The position numbers were made by a program, and so were the translations under genes. Of a DNA stretch of 55,640 nucleotides, positions 19,737-30,678 are shown piece by piece. The notes under the pieces are model-generated. The model was not told where the DNA came from. It ran no database searches and was given only the letters and a program-made list of their open reading frames with translations. Each line of letters opens with the position of its first letter. Positions within the stretch are counted from its first letter, which is position 1. Source of the stretch: an uncultured Polaromonas sp. (lineage in GTDB: Bacteria; Pseudomonadota; Gammaproteobacteria; Burkholderiales; Burkholderiaceae_C); assembly GCA_964236835.1 (NCBI GenBank), contig CAXSGT010000002.1, positions 1-55,640 on the forward strand, given 5' to 3'.

Positions 19737-20813
19737 ATGAGTACCGATAAAAAACAAACCAGCGATTCGGCAAACATCCTGCCACCGGCCGAGGCGACTG
19801 CGCCATCTGAAACCTCAGCCGGTCTGCGCCAGAACCAGGATGCGCTCGACGCGATGCTGGCGCAGGCGCTGTCGGCGCGCGGCGCCGCCATCCCGGCTGA
19901 AGTGCTTGCAAGCGCACCTGTCCCGCAGGCTGGCGAGCAGCGTTGCGGGTTGATCGCCATCGTCGGCAAGCCCAACGTGGGCAAATCGACCTTGCTCAAT
20001 GCGCTGGTGGGCCAAAAGGTCAGCATCACCTCGCGCAAGGCGCAGACGACGCGCCACCGCATCACCGGCATGCGAACCCGCGCTGCCACGCAGTTTGTGT
20101 TTGTCGATACGCCGGGCTTTCAGACGCGGCACGGCAACGCCCTGAACCGGTCGCTCAACCGCACCGTGGTGGGCGCCGTGAACGATGTTGACTTGATCGT
20201 TTTTGTCGTCGAGGCCGGCCAGTTCGACCTGGCCGACGCCAAGGTGCTGGCGCTGCTGCCTGAAAAAACGCCGGCTATTTTGCTCGCCAACAAGTTCGAC
20301 CTGATTCATCGGCGCGCGGAAATCGCGCCCTGGCTGCGCTCGATGCAGGAGCGGCACGACTTTGCCGAGTTCGTTCCCATGTCGGCCAATAACGCCAAAG
20401 ACGTCGAGCGGCTGTTCGGCATCTGCGAGAAATATCTGCCGATCCAACCCTGGATGCACGGCGCCGATGAGCTGACCGACCGCAGCGACCGCTTCATGGC
20501 GGCCGAGATCATCCGCGAAAAGCTGTTTCGCCTGACCGGCGACGAGCTGCCCTACACCTCGACCGTCATCATCGACCGGTACGAGGAAGAGGGCAGCTTG
20601 CGCAAGATTGCCGCCACGATCGTGGTCGAGCGTGACAGCCACAAGGGAATGATCATCGGCGAGAAGGGCGAAAAGCTCAAGCGCATCGGCACTGAAGCCC
20701 GGCATGAACTTGAAGCGCTGACCGGCGGCAAGGTATTTTTGGAAATCTGGGTCAAGGTGCGATCGGGCTGGGCCGACGATGAGGCCCGCGTGAAAACCTT
20801 CGGGTACGAATGA
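19737..20813 (+). CDS. era: GTPase Era
   Basis: [30 protein letters not shown] domain; low-complexity N-terminal extension. Confidence 0.96.
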   Translation: MSTDKKQTSDSANILPPAEATAPSETSAGLRQNQDALDAMLAQALSARGAAIPAEVLASAPVPQAGEQRCGLIAIVGKPNVGKSTLLNALVGQKVSITSRKAQTTRHRITGMRTRAATQFVFVDTPGFQTRHGNALNRSLNRTVVGAVNDVDLIVFVVEAGQFDLADAKVLALLPEKTPAILLANKFDLIHRRAEIAPWLRSMQERHDFAEFVPMSANNAKDVERLFGICEKYLPIQPWMHGADELTDRSDRFMAAEIIREKLFRLTGDELPYTSTVIIDRYEEEGSLRKIAATIVVERDSHKGMIIGEKGEKLKRIGTEARHELEALTGGKVFLEIWVKVRSGWADDEARVKTFGYE

Positions 20814-20896
20814 CCCCCACGCTTGTCGCTTCGCGTACTGCGCTGCCCCCCGAGGGGGCCGTCCCGCCTGCGGCCCGGCATAGCCGGTTCCGCGGC
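20814..20896 (+). repeat. GC-rich hairpin repeat CCCCCACGCT...CGCTGCCCCCCGAGGGGGC (family C, copy 1)
   Basis: Close reverse-complement match to 49360-49444. Confidence 0.85.
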
Positions 20897-20973
20897 GGGT
20901 GCTTGCATGGGCGGGGGCTGCCGCCGAAACGTGCTGGCGACGATTTGGCGCCGCGGCTTTTGGCATAAGCCCT

Positions 20974-21723
20974 GTGGCCGCCCACCGCATCAGCAACGAG
21001 CCGGCGTATGTGCTGCACCGCTATGACTGGAGCGAATCGAGCCTGATTCTGGATGTGTTCACGCGCCAGTACGGCCGGGTGGCGCTGGTGGCGCGAGGCG
21101 CGAAAAGACCGAGTTCGAGCTTTCGGCCTATTTTGCTGCCGATGCAATTGCTGCACATCGCTTTCGGCGGCGACGCGGAAATCCGCAATCTGAAGAGCGC
21201 CGAATGGCAGGGCGGCCATGTCATGCCGACGGGCGACGCGCTGCTGTCGGGCTATTACCTCAACGAGCTGCTGATGCGCCTGTTGGCGCGCGACGACCCG
21301 CATCCGCCGCTCTTCGACGCCTATGCAGGGGCGGTGCAATTGCTCGCCAGCCAGACCAGCGACACGCTGCAGCTGGCGCTGCGCGCTTTCGAGCTGCATT
21401 TGCTGCGTGGCATCGGCCTGCTGCCCCGGCTCGATGCCGAAACGGCGACGCTGGCGCCGCTCGAGTCGCAAAAACTTTATGTGCTGGTGGCCGAAGCCGG
21501 GCTCAGGCGGGCGCACGATGACGACCGCGCCAGCCTTCCCGGCGAGCAATGGCTGGCGCTGCAGCAGGCGCTCGACGACAAGGCGCTGTTTTCCGACACG
21601 CTGCGAGCCTGCGTGGCGGGCGCCAATGAGCTGAAAATCCAGCTGCGCGCCCTGCTGCATTACCATTGCGGTGTCAGGGTCTTGAAAACACGACAGATGA
21701 TGATGGACCTGCAAGCCTTTTAA
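20974..21723 (+). CDS. recO: DNA repair protein RecO
   Basis: [37 protein letters not shown]; GTG start 20974. Confidence 0.95.
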   Translation: MAAHRISNEPAYVLHRYDWSESSLILDVFTRQYGRVALVARGAKRPSSSFRPILLPMQLLHIAFGGDAEIRNLKSAEWQGGHVMPTGDALLSGYYLNELLMRLLARDDPHPPLFDAYAGAVQLLASQTSDTLQLALRAFELHLLRGIGLLPRLDAETATLAPLESQKLYVLVAEAGLRRAHDDDRASLPGEQWLALQQALDDKALFSDTLRACVAGANELKIQLRALLHYHCGVRVLKTRQMMMDLQAF

Positions 21724-21747
21724 CGATTTTCCGCCATTGATTCCGCC

Positions 21748-22569
21748 ATGATCGCTTTATTTCATAACGAGCCGCCGCTCCATACGCCAGCCAGGCAAAA
21801 AACCGCTTTGTCGGTCAACGTCAACAAGGTCGCGCTGCTTCGCAATACCCGCTACCTGGACATTCCCAGCGTGACGCGCGCCGCCGAGCTGTGCCTGGAA
21901 GCCGGCGCGCAGGGCATCACGGTGCATCCCCGGCCCGACGAGCGCCATATCCGCTCCGACGACGTGTACGAAATAGCGGCGTTGATGAAAGACTGGCCGC
22001 ATTGCGAATTCAACCTCGAAGGCAATCCGCTGCACAACCTGATGCACTTCGTTCGCGATCTTTCGGCCCGCGGCCTGCCGCTGCACCAGTGCACTTTCGT
22101 CCCCGACAGCGAAGACCAGTTCACCAGCGACCATGGCTGGAGTTTTCCGCAGGACGCCGCTCTTTTGGCGCCGCTGATCGAGCAGGTCCATGCGCGCGGC
22201 ATCCGGGTGAGCCTCTTCATGGATCCGCTGCCCAAAGCCATGGCGGCGGTCAAGGGTGTTGGCGCCGACCGGGTCGAGCTCTACACCGAAAGCTATGCCC
22301 TGGCCTGGTCGGGTGCCAAGAAAAAAGAAGCATTACACCGGTTTGCGCAAACTGGGCGTGCTGCTGCCGCTATTAATTTAGGAGTAAACTCCGGCCACGA
22401 CCTGAACCGCGAAAATCTCACCGAATTCCTCGCCGCCGTTCCCGGCGTGCTTGAAGTGTCGATCGGCCATGCCCTGATCGCCGACGCGCTCGAGCTGGGC
22501 TATGCCGGCGCGGTAAAAGAGTATTTGCGCTGCATCGATGCGGCGTTCGTGCCGGCTGTCCAGTCCTGA
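21748..22569 (+). CDS. pdxJ: Pyridoxine 5'-phosphate synthase
   Basis: [44 protein letters not shown]. Confidence 0.96.
   Translation: MIALFHNEPPLHTPARQKTALSVNVNKVALLRNTRYLDIPSVTRAAELCLEAGAQGITVHPRPDERHIRSDDVYEIAALMKDWPHCEFNLEGNPLHNLMHFVRDLSARGLPLHQCTFVPDSEDQFTSDHGWSFPQDAALLAPLIEQVHARGIRVSLFMDPLPKAMAAVKGVGADRVELYTESYALAWSGAKKKEALHRFAQTGRAAAAINLGVNSGHDLNRENLTEFLAAVPGVLEVSIGHALIADALELGYAGAVKEYLRCIDAAFVPAVQS
22326..22385 (-). repeat. Family A motif, copy 3, inside pdxJ
   Basis: (-) ACTC CTAAATTAA TAGC GGCAGCA GCACG CCCAGTTTG CGC AAACCGG TGTAATG; AT-rich patch in a GC-rich gene. Confidence 0.6.
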
Positions 22570-22967
22570 TGATTTATGGCATCGGAACCGATATTTGCGA
22601 TGTGCGCCGTATTCGCGCCAGCCTGGAGCGCCACGGCGAGCGCTTCGCCCGGAAAATCCTGAGCGACGGCGAACTGGCGACCTGGCAGGCGCGCAGCGCC
22701 CGCTGGTCCGAACGCGGCGTCAGCTACCTGGCCACCCGTTTTTCGGCGAAAGAAGCGTTCAGCAAAGCCATCGGTTTGGGAATGCGAATGCCGATGACCT
22801 GGCGCCACTGCGAAATCGTCAAGGCGGCCAGCGGCAAACCCGAAATCGTCCTGCACGGCGCGCTGAAAGCCTGGTGCGACGCCCGGCAGCTGACGGTCCA
22901 CGTCACGGTGAGCGATGAAACCGACTATGCCGCCAGCTTTTGCGTGATAGAGAAAAATACGCCTTGA
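22569..22967 (+). CDS. acpS: Holo-ACP synthase
   Basis: [26 protein letters not shown]. Confidence 0.96.
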   Translation: MIYGIGTDICDVRRIRASLERHGERFARKILSDGELATWQARSARWSERGVSYLATRFSAKEAFSKAIGLGMRMPMTWRHCEIVKAASGKPEIVLHGALKAWCDARQLTVHVTVSDETDYAASFCVIEKNTP

Positions 22968-23007
22968 GGCTTGCCGATACTGCGCGTGCAGCTATCGATT
23001 CAATAGC
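22949..23007 (-). repeat. Family A motif, copy 4, overlapping the acpS stop
   Basis: (-) GCTA TTGAATCGA TAGC TGCACGC GCAGT ATCGGCAAG CCTCAAGGC GTATTTT. Confidence 0.65.
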
Positions 23008-23035
23008 GCCTTTGAAAATACTCCCAAATTATTCC

Positions 23036-24094
23036 ATGCACCAGCACGCGCCCCTCATCATCGACATCGCCGGCCTCACGCTTGACAGGGCGGACCGCCG
23101 GCGCATCAAGCATCCGCTCACCGGCGGCGTTGTTCTGTTCGGCCGCAATTGGGAGAGCCGCCACCAGCTGGCGAGCCTGTGCGCCGATATCAAAAGCGTA
23201 CGCAACGATCTCCTGATTTGCGTCGATCACGAAGGCGGCCGGGTGCAGCGCTTTCGCAATGAGGGCTTCACGCATTTGCCGCCGATGCGCGCACTCGGCG
23301 AGCTATGGCGCCGCGACCAACTCGCCGCGACCAACGCGGCGACGGCCTGCGGCTATGTGCTGGGCGCCGAGCTGCGTGCCTGCGGTGTCGATTTTAGTTT
23401 TACGCCGGTGCTCGACCTGGACCACGGTGAAAGCGGCGTGATTGGCGACCGCGCCTTCGGCCGCGACCCGCGCGTCGTCAGCCTGCTGGCCAAAAGCCTG
23501 ATGCACGGCCTACTGCAGACCGGCATGAGCAACTGCGGCAAGCATTTTCCCGGCCACGGTTTTGTCAAGGCCGATTCGCACACCGACGTTCCGATTGACA
23601 AGCGTAGCCTGAAAGCGATCCTGGCCGACGACGCCGCACCGTATGGATGGCTCAACACCACACTGGCCAGCGTGATGCCGGCGCATGTGATTTATCCCAG
23701 AGTCGATGCCCGTCCGGCGGGCTTTTCCGAAAAATGGCTGACCTACATCCTACGCGGCCAGCTCGGCTTTGGCGGCGCGATTTTCAGCGACGACCTGAGC
23801 ATGACGGGCGCGCGCGTCATCGATGGCGAACCCGTCAGCCACACCGAGGCCGCCGTCATGGCGCTGAACGCGGGCTGCGATTTGGTGCTGCTGTGCAACC
23901 AGTCGGTCGCAGGCGGCAAACCAGCGGACGAGTTCCTCGATGGCATGGCCGAGGCGCTGCTCAAGGGCCAGTGGGAGGCGCTGGAGTCGAGCGAGCTGCG
24001 AAGGCTCGATCTGCTGCCGACAACGCCGGCGCACGACTGGGACGAGCTGATGCTGCATCCCGCCTACATGCATGCGATGGGCTTGATACCGTAA
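23036..24094 (+). CDS. nagZ: Beta-N-acetylhexosaminidase
   Basis: VDHEGGRVQR, KHFPGHG...DSH, MPAH, FSDDLSM. Confidence 0.96.
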   Translation: MHQHAPLIIDIAGLTLDRADRRRIKHPLTGGVVLFGRNWESRHQLASLCADIKSVRNDLLICVDHEGGRVQRFRNEGFTHLPPMRALGELWRRDQLAATNAATACGYVLGAELRACGVDFSFTPVLDLDHGESGVIGDRAFGRDPRVVSLLAKSLMHGLLQTGMSNCGKHFPGHGFVKADSHTDVPIDKRSLKAILADDAAPYGWLNTTLASVMPAHVIYPRVDARPAGFSEKWLTYILRGQLGFGGAIFSDDLSMTGARVIDGEPVSHTEAAVMALNAGCDLVLLCNQSVAGGKPADEFLDGMAEALLKGQWEALESSELRRLDLLPTTPAHDWDELMLHPAYMHAMGLIP

Positions 24095-24112
24095 GCCGTT
24101 GTTTTCACGATT

Positions 24113-24172
24113 GCTATTTTTTCAATAGCTGGTCAAGTCCGACCACAGTGCGCTACAGGCCTTTTCAATCAA
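24113..24172 (+). repeat. Family A motif, copy 5, between convergent nagZ and serA
   Basis: GCTA TTTTTTCAA TAGC TGGTCAA GTCCG ACCACAGTG CGC TACAGGC CTTTTCA. Confidence 0.75.
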
Positions 24173-24198
24173 TATTTTGAGAGCCCGGCGTGGCGGCT

Positions 24199-25371
24199 TC
24201 AAATCACCCGAACGCGGATCACATGCTCGACCGCCTCGATGGCGGCGACGACGTGTTCACCAGGTGCGCGCTCGACATCAATGATATTGAAGGCCAGCTC
24301 GCCGCGGCTCTTGTTCATCATGTCGATGACGTTCACGCTTTTGTCCGCCAGCACCGACAGCACATGGCCGAGCACGCCCGAGGTGTTGTCGTTTGAAAAC
24401 GTGATTCGCGTCGTGCCCGCAGTGCGGCCCATGCTGACCGCCGGAAAGTTCACCGAATTCGTGATGTTGCCGTTTTCAAGGTAGTCGACCAGCTGGTTGG
24501 CCGCCATCACGGCGCAGTTTTCCTCCGACTCTTCGGTGCTCGCGCCGATGTGCGGCATGGCGATCACGCCAGCATGGCCAAGCAGGGCGGGTTCCGGAAA
24601 ATCGCAGACATATTTACCAAGCCTGCCCTGATCCAGGCTGCGCCTGACGGCGCTGGCATCGACAATCGTTTCACGCGCGAAGTTCAGCAGCACCGCGCCG
24701 GATTTGACCAGCCCCAGAGCAGCGTCGTTGATCAGGTGATGCGTCGCGTCCATCGCAGGCACATGCAGCGAAATGTAGTCCGCCCTGGCGAGCAGCGCCG
24801 GCAAATTTTCCATCCGGCCGACCTCGCTCGACAGGCGCCAGGCGGCGTCGATCGACAGCGCCGGGTCGAAGCCGACGACCTTCATGCCCATCGCCAGCGC
24901 CATGTCGGCGACCATCGAGCCGATCGCGCCCAGGCCGACGATGCCCAGCGTCTTGCCCTTGATCTCGCCGCCGGCGAAGCGCGCTTTTTCCTTTTCCAGC
25001 AGCGCCGACATTTCGGCCGCGTCGCGCATGTGGGTGAGTGAATTCACATACGCGATTCCCGGCAAAATGCCGCGCGTGGCCAGCAGCATGCCCGCCATCA
25101 CCAGTTCCTTGACCGCGTTGGCATTGGCGCCGGGCGTGTTGAACACCACGATGCCGCGCTTGCTGTACGCGTCGATCGGTACGTTGTTGACACCCGCGCC
25201 AGCGCGCGCGGCGGCCAGCAGCGAACCGGGCGCTTCCACGTCGGCGAGCTTTTGGCTGCGCAGCAAAAACGCGTCCGGCTGGCCGATGTCGCTTCCGACC
25301 TCATACGATCCGCGCGGAAAGCGCTCCAACCCCTTGAGCGAGATCTGGTTGTAGGTTCTGACCTTGTACAT
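24199..25371 (-). CDS. serA: D-3-phosphoglycerate dehydrogenase (short type with C-terminal ACT domain)
   Basis: RAGAGVNN, NTPGANANAVKE, GLGAIG, PHIGASTEE, NSVNFP; next to serC. Confidence 0.92.
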   Translation of the reverse strand: MYKVRTYNQISLKGLERFPRGSYEVGSDIGQPDAFLLRSQKLADVEAPGSLLAAARAGAGVNNVPIDAYSKRGIVVFNTPGANANAVKELVMAGMLLATRGILPGIAYVNSLTHMRDAAEMSALLEKEKARFAGGEIKGKTLGIVGLGAIGSMVADMALAMGMKVVGFDPALSIDAAWRLSSEVGRMENLPALLARADYISLHVPAMDATHHLINDAALGLVKSGAVLLNFARETIVDASAVRRSLDQGRLGKYVCDFPEPALLGHAGVIAMPHIGASTEESEENCAVMAANQLVDYLENGNITNSVNFPAVSMGRTAGTTRITFSNDNTSGVLGHVLSVLADKSVNVIDMMNKSRGELAFNIIDVERAPGEHVVAAIEAVEHVIRVRVI

Positions 25372-25380
25372 ACCGGCGCT

Positions 25381-26508
25381 TCAGGCGGATACCGGCTTCT
25401 TCGCTTCCTTATAGGCCCACGCCAGCCACGGCATGAGCGCTTGCAGGTCGCTTGCCTCGACCGTCGCGCCGCACCAGATGCGCAGCCCGGCGGGCGCGTC
25501 CTTGTAGGCGCCGATGTCGTACGCCACGCCTTCGGCATCGAGCAGCTTGACCATTTTTTTCACCTGCTCTTCTGTCGCCTCGACGCTCAGGCAAACGCTG
25601 GTGTTCGAGCGCGTCGCCGGGTTTTTGGCGAGGAAGGAAATCCAGTCATTGGCGGCGACGAAGGCGTCGATGACCTTCAGGTTCGCTTCGCTGCGGGCGA
25701 TGGTGCCCGCCACGCCGCCGATGCTTTCGACCCAGCGCAGCGCATCGAGGTAATCGGCCACGCACAGCATGGAAGGCGTGTTGATCGTCTCGCCCTTGAA
25801 CAGGCCTTCGGTGACCTTGCCGCCGGACTTCATGCGGAACACCTTGGGCATCGGCCACGGCGGGTTGTAGGCTTCCAGGCGCTCGACGGCGCGCGGGCTC
25901 AAAATCAGCATGCCGTGCGCGCCTTCGCCGCCCAGCACCTTTTGCCAGGAATAGGTGACGACGTCGAGCTTGTCCCACGGCAAATCCATCGCAAACACCG
26001 CCGAGGTCGCGTCGCACAGCGTCAGGCCGGCGCGGTCGGCCGGAATCCAGTCGCCATTGGGCACCTTGACGCCCGAGGTCGTGCCGTTCCAGACGAACAC
26101 CACGTCGTTGTCGAAATTGACGCGCGCCAGCTCGGCGATGTCGCCGTAGCCGGCCTTGACGACATTGGCATCGGGCAGCTTGAGCTGCTTGACGATGTCG
26201 GTCACCCAGCCGGCGCTGAACGACTCCCATTCCAGCACATCGACGCCGCGCGGGCCGAGCAGCGACCACATCGCCATTTCCACCGCGCCGGTGTCGGAGC
26301 CGGGCACCACAGCGACGCGGTAGCCATCAGGCAGGCCGAGGATGCGAGCGCTCTCGGAGCACGCCAGGCCAAGCGCTTTTTTGCCGAGCGCCGAGCGGTG
26401 CGAACGCCCCAGCGTGTCGAGCTGCAGGCGGCTCACGTCATAGCCGGGGCGCTTGGCGCAGGGGCCGGAGGAAAAATTGGAATTCTTGGGTTTGACGGAC
26501 GGTTGCAT
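25381..26508 (-). CDS. serC: Phosphoserine aminotransferase, alphaproteobacterial/Methanosarcina type
   Basis: [62 protein letters not shown]. Confidence 0.93.
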   Translation of the reverse strand: MQPSVKPKNSNFSSGPCAKRPGYDVSRLQLDTLGRSHRSALGKKALGLACSESARILGLPDGYRVAVVPGSDTGAVEMAMWSLLGPRGVDVLEWESFSAGWVTDIVKQLKLPDANVVKAGYGDIAELARVNFDNDVVFVWNGTTSGVKVPNGDWIPADRAGLTLCDATSAVFAMDLPWDKLDVVTYSWQKVLGGEGAHGMLILSPRAVERLEAYNPPWPMPKVFRMKSGGKVTEGLFKGETINTPSMLCVADYLDALRWVESIGGVAGTIARSEANLKVIDAFVAANDWISFLAKNPATRSNTSVCLSVEATEEQVKKMVKLLDAEGVAYDIGAYKDAPAGLRIWCGATVEASDLQALMPWLAWAYKEAKKPVSA

Positions 26509-26595
26509 CGGGTTCTTTGTTAGGGGAAATCGAAGTGGAAAGGGAGCTTCAATGGCGGCATGAGCCCGGCGTTAGGGCGCCGGAATCGGCAAAAA

Positions 26596-27117
26596 TCATT
26601 GTAGCGACGGTTGCGCCGCCGGCCACGCCAGCTTGCCCACCGCATCCATATGCGTCAGGTACACCCGCAGGTCGAACTCGTACTGGTGGTAGTGCGGCTC
26701 CATGTGGCTGCAGAGCTTGTAGAACGCCTTGTCATGCGCTTTTTCCCTGATATGCGCGAGCTCGTGCACCGCGATCATTTTCAAAAACTCCACCGGCACC
26801 TCCTTGAACAGCGAGGCAATGCGGATTTCACGCTTGGCCTTGAGTTTGCCGCCCTGCACCCTTGCCACCGTGGTGTGCGTGCCAAGGGCGTGCGTGATTA
26901 CCTGGAGCTTGCTGTCGAACGCCACTTTGGCAAGCGGCTCGGCATTGCGCAGAAACTCGTTTTTCAGCGCCATCACGTAGTCGTACAGCGCCTTGTCGTC
27001 TCGTACGGAATGGCCCTGGCTGTATTTGGCGAGCAGGGTTTCACCAAGGCGGCCTTGCACCAGCAGTTGCTGCACCTGTGTTTTTAGGCTGTCGGGGTAG
27101 CCGGCAAGATACTTCAT
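26596..27117 (-). CDS. ygjP: YgjP-like M48/SprT-family metal-dependent hydrolase
   Basis: MKYLAGYP, GGKLKAKREIRIA, VHELAH, HDKAFYKLC. Confidence 0.85.
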   Translation of the reverse strand: MKYLAGYPDSLKTQVQQLLVQGRLGETLLAKYSQGHSVRDDKALYDYVMALKNEFLRNAEPLAKVAFDSKLQVITHALGTHTTVARVQGGKLKAKREIRIASLFKEVPVEFLKMIAVHELAHIREKAHDKAFYKLCSHMEPHYHQYEFDLRVYLTHMDAVGKLAWPAAQPSLQ

Positions 27118-27129
27118 AAAATTTCATTC

Positions 27130-27192
27130 ACTATTTTTTTTATAGCAAACTATGCCCGTGGATAAAGCGCGGAAGGCTTAAATTATGATAAA
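27130..27192 (+). repeat. Family A motif, copy 6, between ygjP and lysS, overlapping the lysS stop
   Basis: ACTA TTTTTTTTA TAGC AAACTAT GCCCG TGGATAAAG CGC GGAAGGC TTAAATT. Confidence 0.75.
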
Positions 27193-28796
27193 TCCGCTTC
27201 GCGGCGCAGCGCTGGGAACAAGATGACATCCCGGATGCTCGGGCTGTCGGTCAGGAGCATCATCAGGCGGTCGATGCCGATGCCGCAGCCCCCTGTCGGC
27301 GGCATGCCGTATTCGAGCGCGCTGATGAAGTCTTGGTCGTAGAACATGGCTTCGTCGTCGCCGCTGTCCTTGGCTAAGACCTGGGAATTGAAACGCGCCG
27401 CCTGTTCCTCGGCGTCGTTCAGCTCGCTGAAGCCGTTGCCGAATTCGCGGCCGGTAATGTAGAGCTCGAAGCGCTCGGTGACTTCAGGGCGCTCGTCATT
27501 GGCGCGGGCCAGCGGCGAGATTTCGGTCGGATGCTCCATGATGAAGGTGGGCTGCCAGAGCTTGTCTTCTACCGTCTCCTCGAAGTACAGCACTTGCAGG
27601 CTGGCGAGGGTACGGCCAGATAACTCTTGCCGAAGTAACTTGTCGTGCTCTACTTCCGTGCCGCGCAAATAACGTCTCAGCTTCGGCACGACTAATGCCC
27701 TGGTCAACCAGGTAGCGTCGAACACATTGTCGCCTGCATCCGTGTACCTCCTGATCGCTTCAACAATGGTCAGGCGCTCAAACGGCTGGCTCAAATCAAC
27801 CGGCTTGCCTGCATAGGTCAACTGCAGCGAGCCCGTGGCCTTTTGCGCGGCGTCGCGAATCAGCGCTTCGGTAAACGTCATCAGATCGGTGTAATTCCAC
27901 CATGCCGCGTAGAACTCCATCATGGTGAATTCGGGGTTGTGGCGAACGCTGATGCCTTCGTTGCGGTAGCTGCGGTTGATCTCGAACACGCGCTCGAAGC
28001 CGCCGACGATCAGCCGCTTCAAATACAGCTCGGGCGCGATGCGCAGATACATTTCCTGGTCGAGCGCGTTGTGGTGCGTCTTGAAAGGTTTGGCGTTGGC
28101 GCCGCCCGGAATCGGATGGAGCATCGGCGTTTCGACCTCCAAAAAATCGCTCGCCACCATGAACTCGCGAATGCCGCTGACCGCCTTGCTTCGCGCCATG
28201 AAGCGCTTGCGAGCCGCTTCGTCCATGATCAGGTCGACATAGCGCTGGCGGTATTTGACCTCCTGGTCGGCCATGCCGTGGAATTTGTCCGGCAGCGGAC
28301 GCAGGCTTTTGGTCACAAGCCGGATGCCGTCGGCGTGAACCGACAGCTCGCCGGTTTTGGTCTTGAACAGCGTCCCGGTCGCCGCGACGATATCGCCCAG
28401 GTCCCAGTGCTTGAAGGCGGCGTGAACGTCCTCGCCGACGCCGTCGTTGTTGATATAGAGCTGGATGCGGCCGCCCGTGGGCCCGAACGAGGCATCCTGC
28501 AGCGTCGCGAAACTCGCTTTGCCCATCACTCGCTTGAGCATCATCCGGCCGGCGACATGGACTTTGACGGCCAGCGGCGCCAGCTCGTCGTTGCTTAAAT
28601 GGCCATAGTCGGCGAACAGGCTCTCGGCCCGGTGGTCGGGCTTGATGTCATTCGGGAAAGCCGCGCCCTTGCCATCGGCCTCGTTTTGGCGCAGTGTCTT
28701 GAGCTTTTCGCGCCGCTCGACCATGAGCTGGTTTTCATCGTTCGCCGACGGAGAAATACTGCCGGCTGCTGAAGGCGGTTCTGGCTGGATAGACAT
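27183..28796 (-). CDS. lysS: Lysine--tRNA ligase (class II)
   Basis: [28 protein letters not shown]...[20 protein letters not shown]; start MSIQPE. Confidence 0.97.
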   Translation of the reverse strand: MSIQPEPPSAAGSISPSANDENQLMVERREKLKTLRQNEADGKGAAFPNDIKPDHRAESLFADYGHLSNDELAPLAVKVHVAGRMMLKRVMGKASFATLQDASFGPTGGRIQLYINNDGVGEDVHAAFKHWDLGDIVAATGTLFKTKTGELSVHADGIRLVTKSLRPLPDKFHGMADQEVKYRQRYVDLIMDEAARKRFMARSKAVSGIREFMVASDFLEVETPMLHPIPGGANAKPFKTHHNALDQEMYLRIAPELYLKRLIVGGFERVFEINRSYRNEGISVRHNPEFTMMEFYAAWWNYTDLMTFTEALIRDAAQKATGSLQLTYAGKPVDLSQPFERLTIVEAIRRYTDAGDNVFDATWLTRALVVPKLRRYLRGTEVEHDKLLRQELSGRTLASLQVLYFEETVEDKLWQPTFIMEHPTEISPLARANDERPEVTERFELYITGREFGNGFSELNDAEEQAARFNSQVLAKDSGDDEAMFYDQDFISALEYGMPPTGGCGIGIDRLMMLLTDSPSIRDVILFPALRREADLS

Positions 28797-28945
28797 GTAA
28801 TGAAACGGTTTTGCGAAGAGAAAATAGGAACAGTGCGGTGCCGGCCATCGCAGGCCAACGAGTGCAAGACGCCGGACCGCCGATTTTAATTCGGGCCGAG
28901 GGAATGGCCGGATCGCGCCGGGCAAAGGCTGCGGCGCCCGAAAGC

Positions 28946-29620
28946 TCAGAGTGAAATGCCCATGCGTTCCAGGATATCGCAGATCAGCTCGAGCCTGAGC
29001 AGCGGGTTGTCCAGCTCCATCAGCTGCTGCTTGAGCGCCAGCGGCAGGGGCAGCAGTTCGCACCAGCGGTTGGCGACCCAGCCGCAGTCGTCGAGGCGGT
29101 AGGGCGCCAGCACCGGCATTTTTCCATGCGGCGCGTCGCTTTGTCGCAGCTTGCTGATCAGCTTGTCCAATGCGTCGGCGGTTTTCTGCAAATCGCCGGG
29201 AATATTAACCAACACGTCATCTTCGAGCCGACTGACATCGGCAATCCACAAGCCATGTTTAAGCTTTTCCCGCCTGGCGATCCTGAAGCGGTGAATTCCG
29301 CTGCACTGAATCGCCATCAGACCGGGTTGCGGCGCGGAAAATTCGGTAATGGCCGCCAGCGTGCCGACGTCATTGAACGCTTCATGCGCGAAGCCGTCGC
29401 CGCTGGGTTTCGCGCCCTTTGGGGCCGCGCCGATGGCCCGGCGGACTTCGGAGCCTTCCGTCAGGGTCACAACGCCGAACGGCGAGCCGGTCTTATGGCA
29501 TTTTCCGATCATGTCCAGGTAGCGGACCTCGAAAATCCGCAGTGGCAGCAGGCCTCCGGGATACAGCACAGTGCCCAGCGGGAACAGCGGCAGACAGCTC
29601 AATGTAAGGGTTTCGGACAT
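28946..29620 (-). CDS. LON peptidase substrate-binding domain protein
   Basis: [39 protein letters not shown]. Confidence 0.9.
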   Translation of the reverse strand: MSETLTLSCLPLFPLGTVLYPGGLLPLRIFEVRYLDMIGKCHKTGSPFGVVTLTEGSEVRRAIGAAPKGAKPSGDGFAHEAFNDVGTLAAITEFSAPQPGLMAIQCSGIHRFRIARREKLKHGLWIADVSRLEDDVLVNIPGDLQKTADALDKLISKLRQSDAPHGKMPVLAPYRLDDCGWVANRWCELLPLPLALKQQLMELDNPLLRLELICDILERMGISL

Positions 29621-29738
29621 GGTCTCGGACTTCGCATTACGGTGGTCGCCATCTTCCCATGATCTTGCTTTTGGTTGGAAATGCCGGCTTCTCGGCACGC
29701 CGCCATCAGGGCGCGGCGAGCATGCGCCGCGATTCGGC

Positions 29739-30611
29739 CTAAGCCACCGCGTCGGCCGGCTGCCTAAGCAGCATCGCCAGCGAATTGGCCACTACCCGGC
29801 GCAATTCCCGGCGGTCGCAGATGAAGTCGATCGCGCCCTTGGCCTGCAGGAATTCGGCGCGCTGAAAGCCCTCGGGCAAGGTTACGCGCACGGTCGATTC
29901 GATGACGCGCGGGCCGGCGAAGCCGATCAACGCCTTCGGCTCGGCGATCACGATATCGCCGACAAAGGCGAAACCGGCGCTCACGCCGCCCATCGTCGGG
30001 TCGGTCAGCACGCTGATGTAAGGCAGGCCTTTTTTCGCCAGCCGCGTCAGCGACGCGTTGGTTTTGGCCATCTGCATCAGGCTCAGCAGGCCTTCCTGCA
30101 TGCGCGCGCCGCCGGTCGCGGTAAAGCAGATGAAAGGCACTTTTTGCTCGATCGCCGCATGAACGCCGCGAACAAAACGCTCGCCGACAACGCTGCCCAT
30201 GCTGCCGCCCATGAAATCGAACTCGAAGCAGGCCGCGACGACGCCGATGCCGTGGACGGCGCCGCCCAGCACGACCAGCGCATCGGTTTCGCCGGTGTTT
30301 TCCAGCGCCTCCTTCAGGCGCTCCGGGTATTTGCGGCTGTCCTTGAATTTGAGCGCATCGACCGGCAGCACTTCCTGCCCCAGTTCATAGCGGCCTTCGG
30401 CGTCGAGAAAGGCGTCGAGCCGGGCGCGCGCGCCTATACGGTGGTGGTGGCCGCACTGCGGGCAGACATTCTGGTTTTTTTCCAGATCGCTCTTGTACAG
30501 CACGGCATCGCAGCTCGGGCATTTGATCCACAGGCCTTCGGGCACGCTGCGGCGCTCGGTCGGGTTGGTGGGGCTGATTCTCGGCGGCAAAAGTTTTTCT
30601 AGCCAGGACAT
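29739..30611 (-). CDS. accD: Acetyl-CoA carboxylase carboxyltransferase beta subunit
   Basis: GLWIKCPSC zinc finger, [21 protein letters not shown]. Confidence 0.97.
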   Translation of the reverse strand: MSWLEKLLPPRISPTNPTERRSVPEGLWIKCPSCDAVLYKSDLEKNQNVCPQCGHHHRIGARARLDAFLDAEGRYELGQEVLPVDALKFKDSRKYPERLKEALENTGETDALVVLGGAVHGIGVVAACFEFDFMGGSMGSVVGERFVRGVHAAIEQKVPFICFTATGGARMQEGLLSLMQMAKTNASLTRLAKKGLPYISVLTDPTMGGVSAGFAFVGDIVIAEPKALIGFAGPRVIESTVRVTLPEGFQRAEFLQAKGAIDFICDRRELRRVVANSLAMLLRQPADAVA

Positions 30612-30678
30612 AAAGTGGTTCCTCGTTCATTTGGAAACGGAAAATGCAATCTTGCGCCGCATCGGTTCGTGCAAAAAC

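Noticed and set aside
26509-26595. serC leader: CCGGCG/CGCCGG hairpin and 13-codon u[16 protein letters not shown]
   Set aside because: No Ser or Gly codon run and no convincing match by eye to the alphaproteobacterial serC RNA motif; needs an Infernal search.
26589-26630. GCAA-N9-TAGC near the ygjP stop (similarly GCCA-N9-TAGC at 6473)
   Set aside because: Mismatched half-site and missing +21 G; at 26589 the sequence is explained by a TACAAT -10 box for serC.
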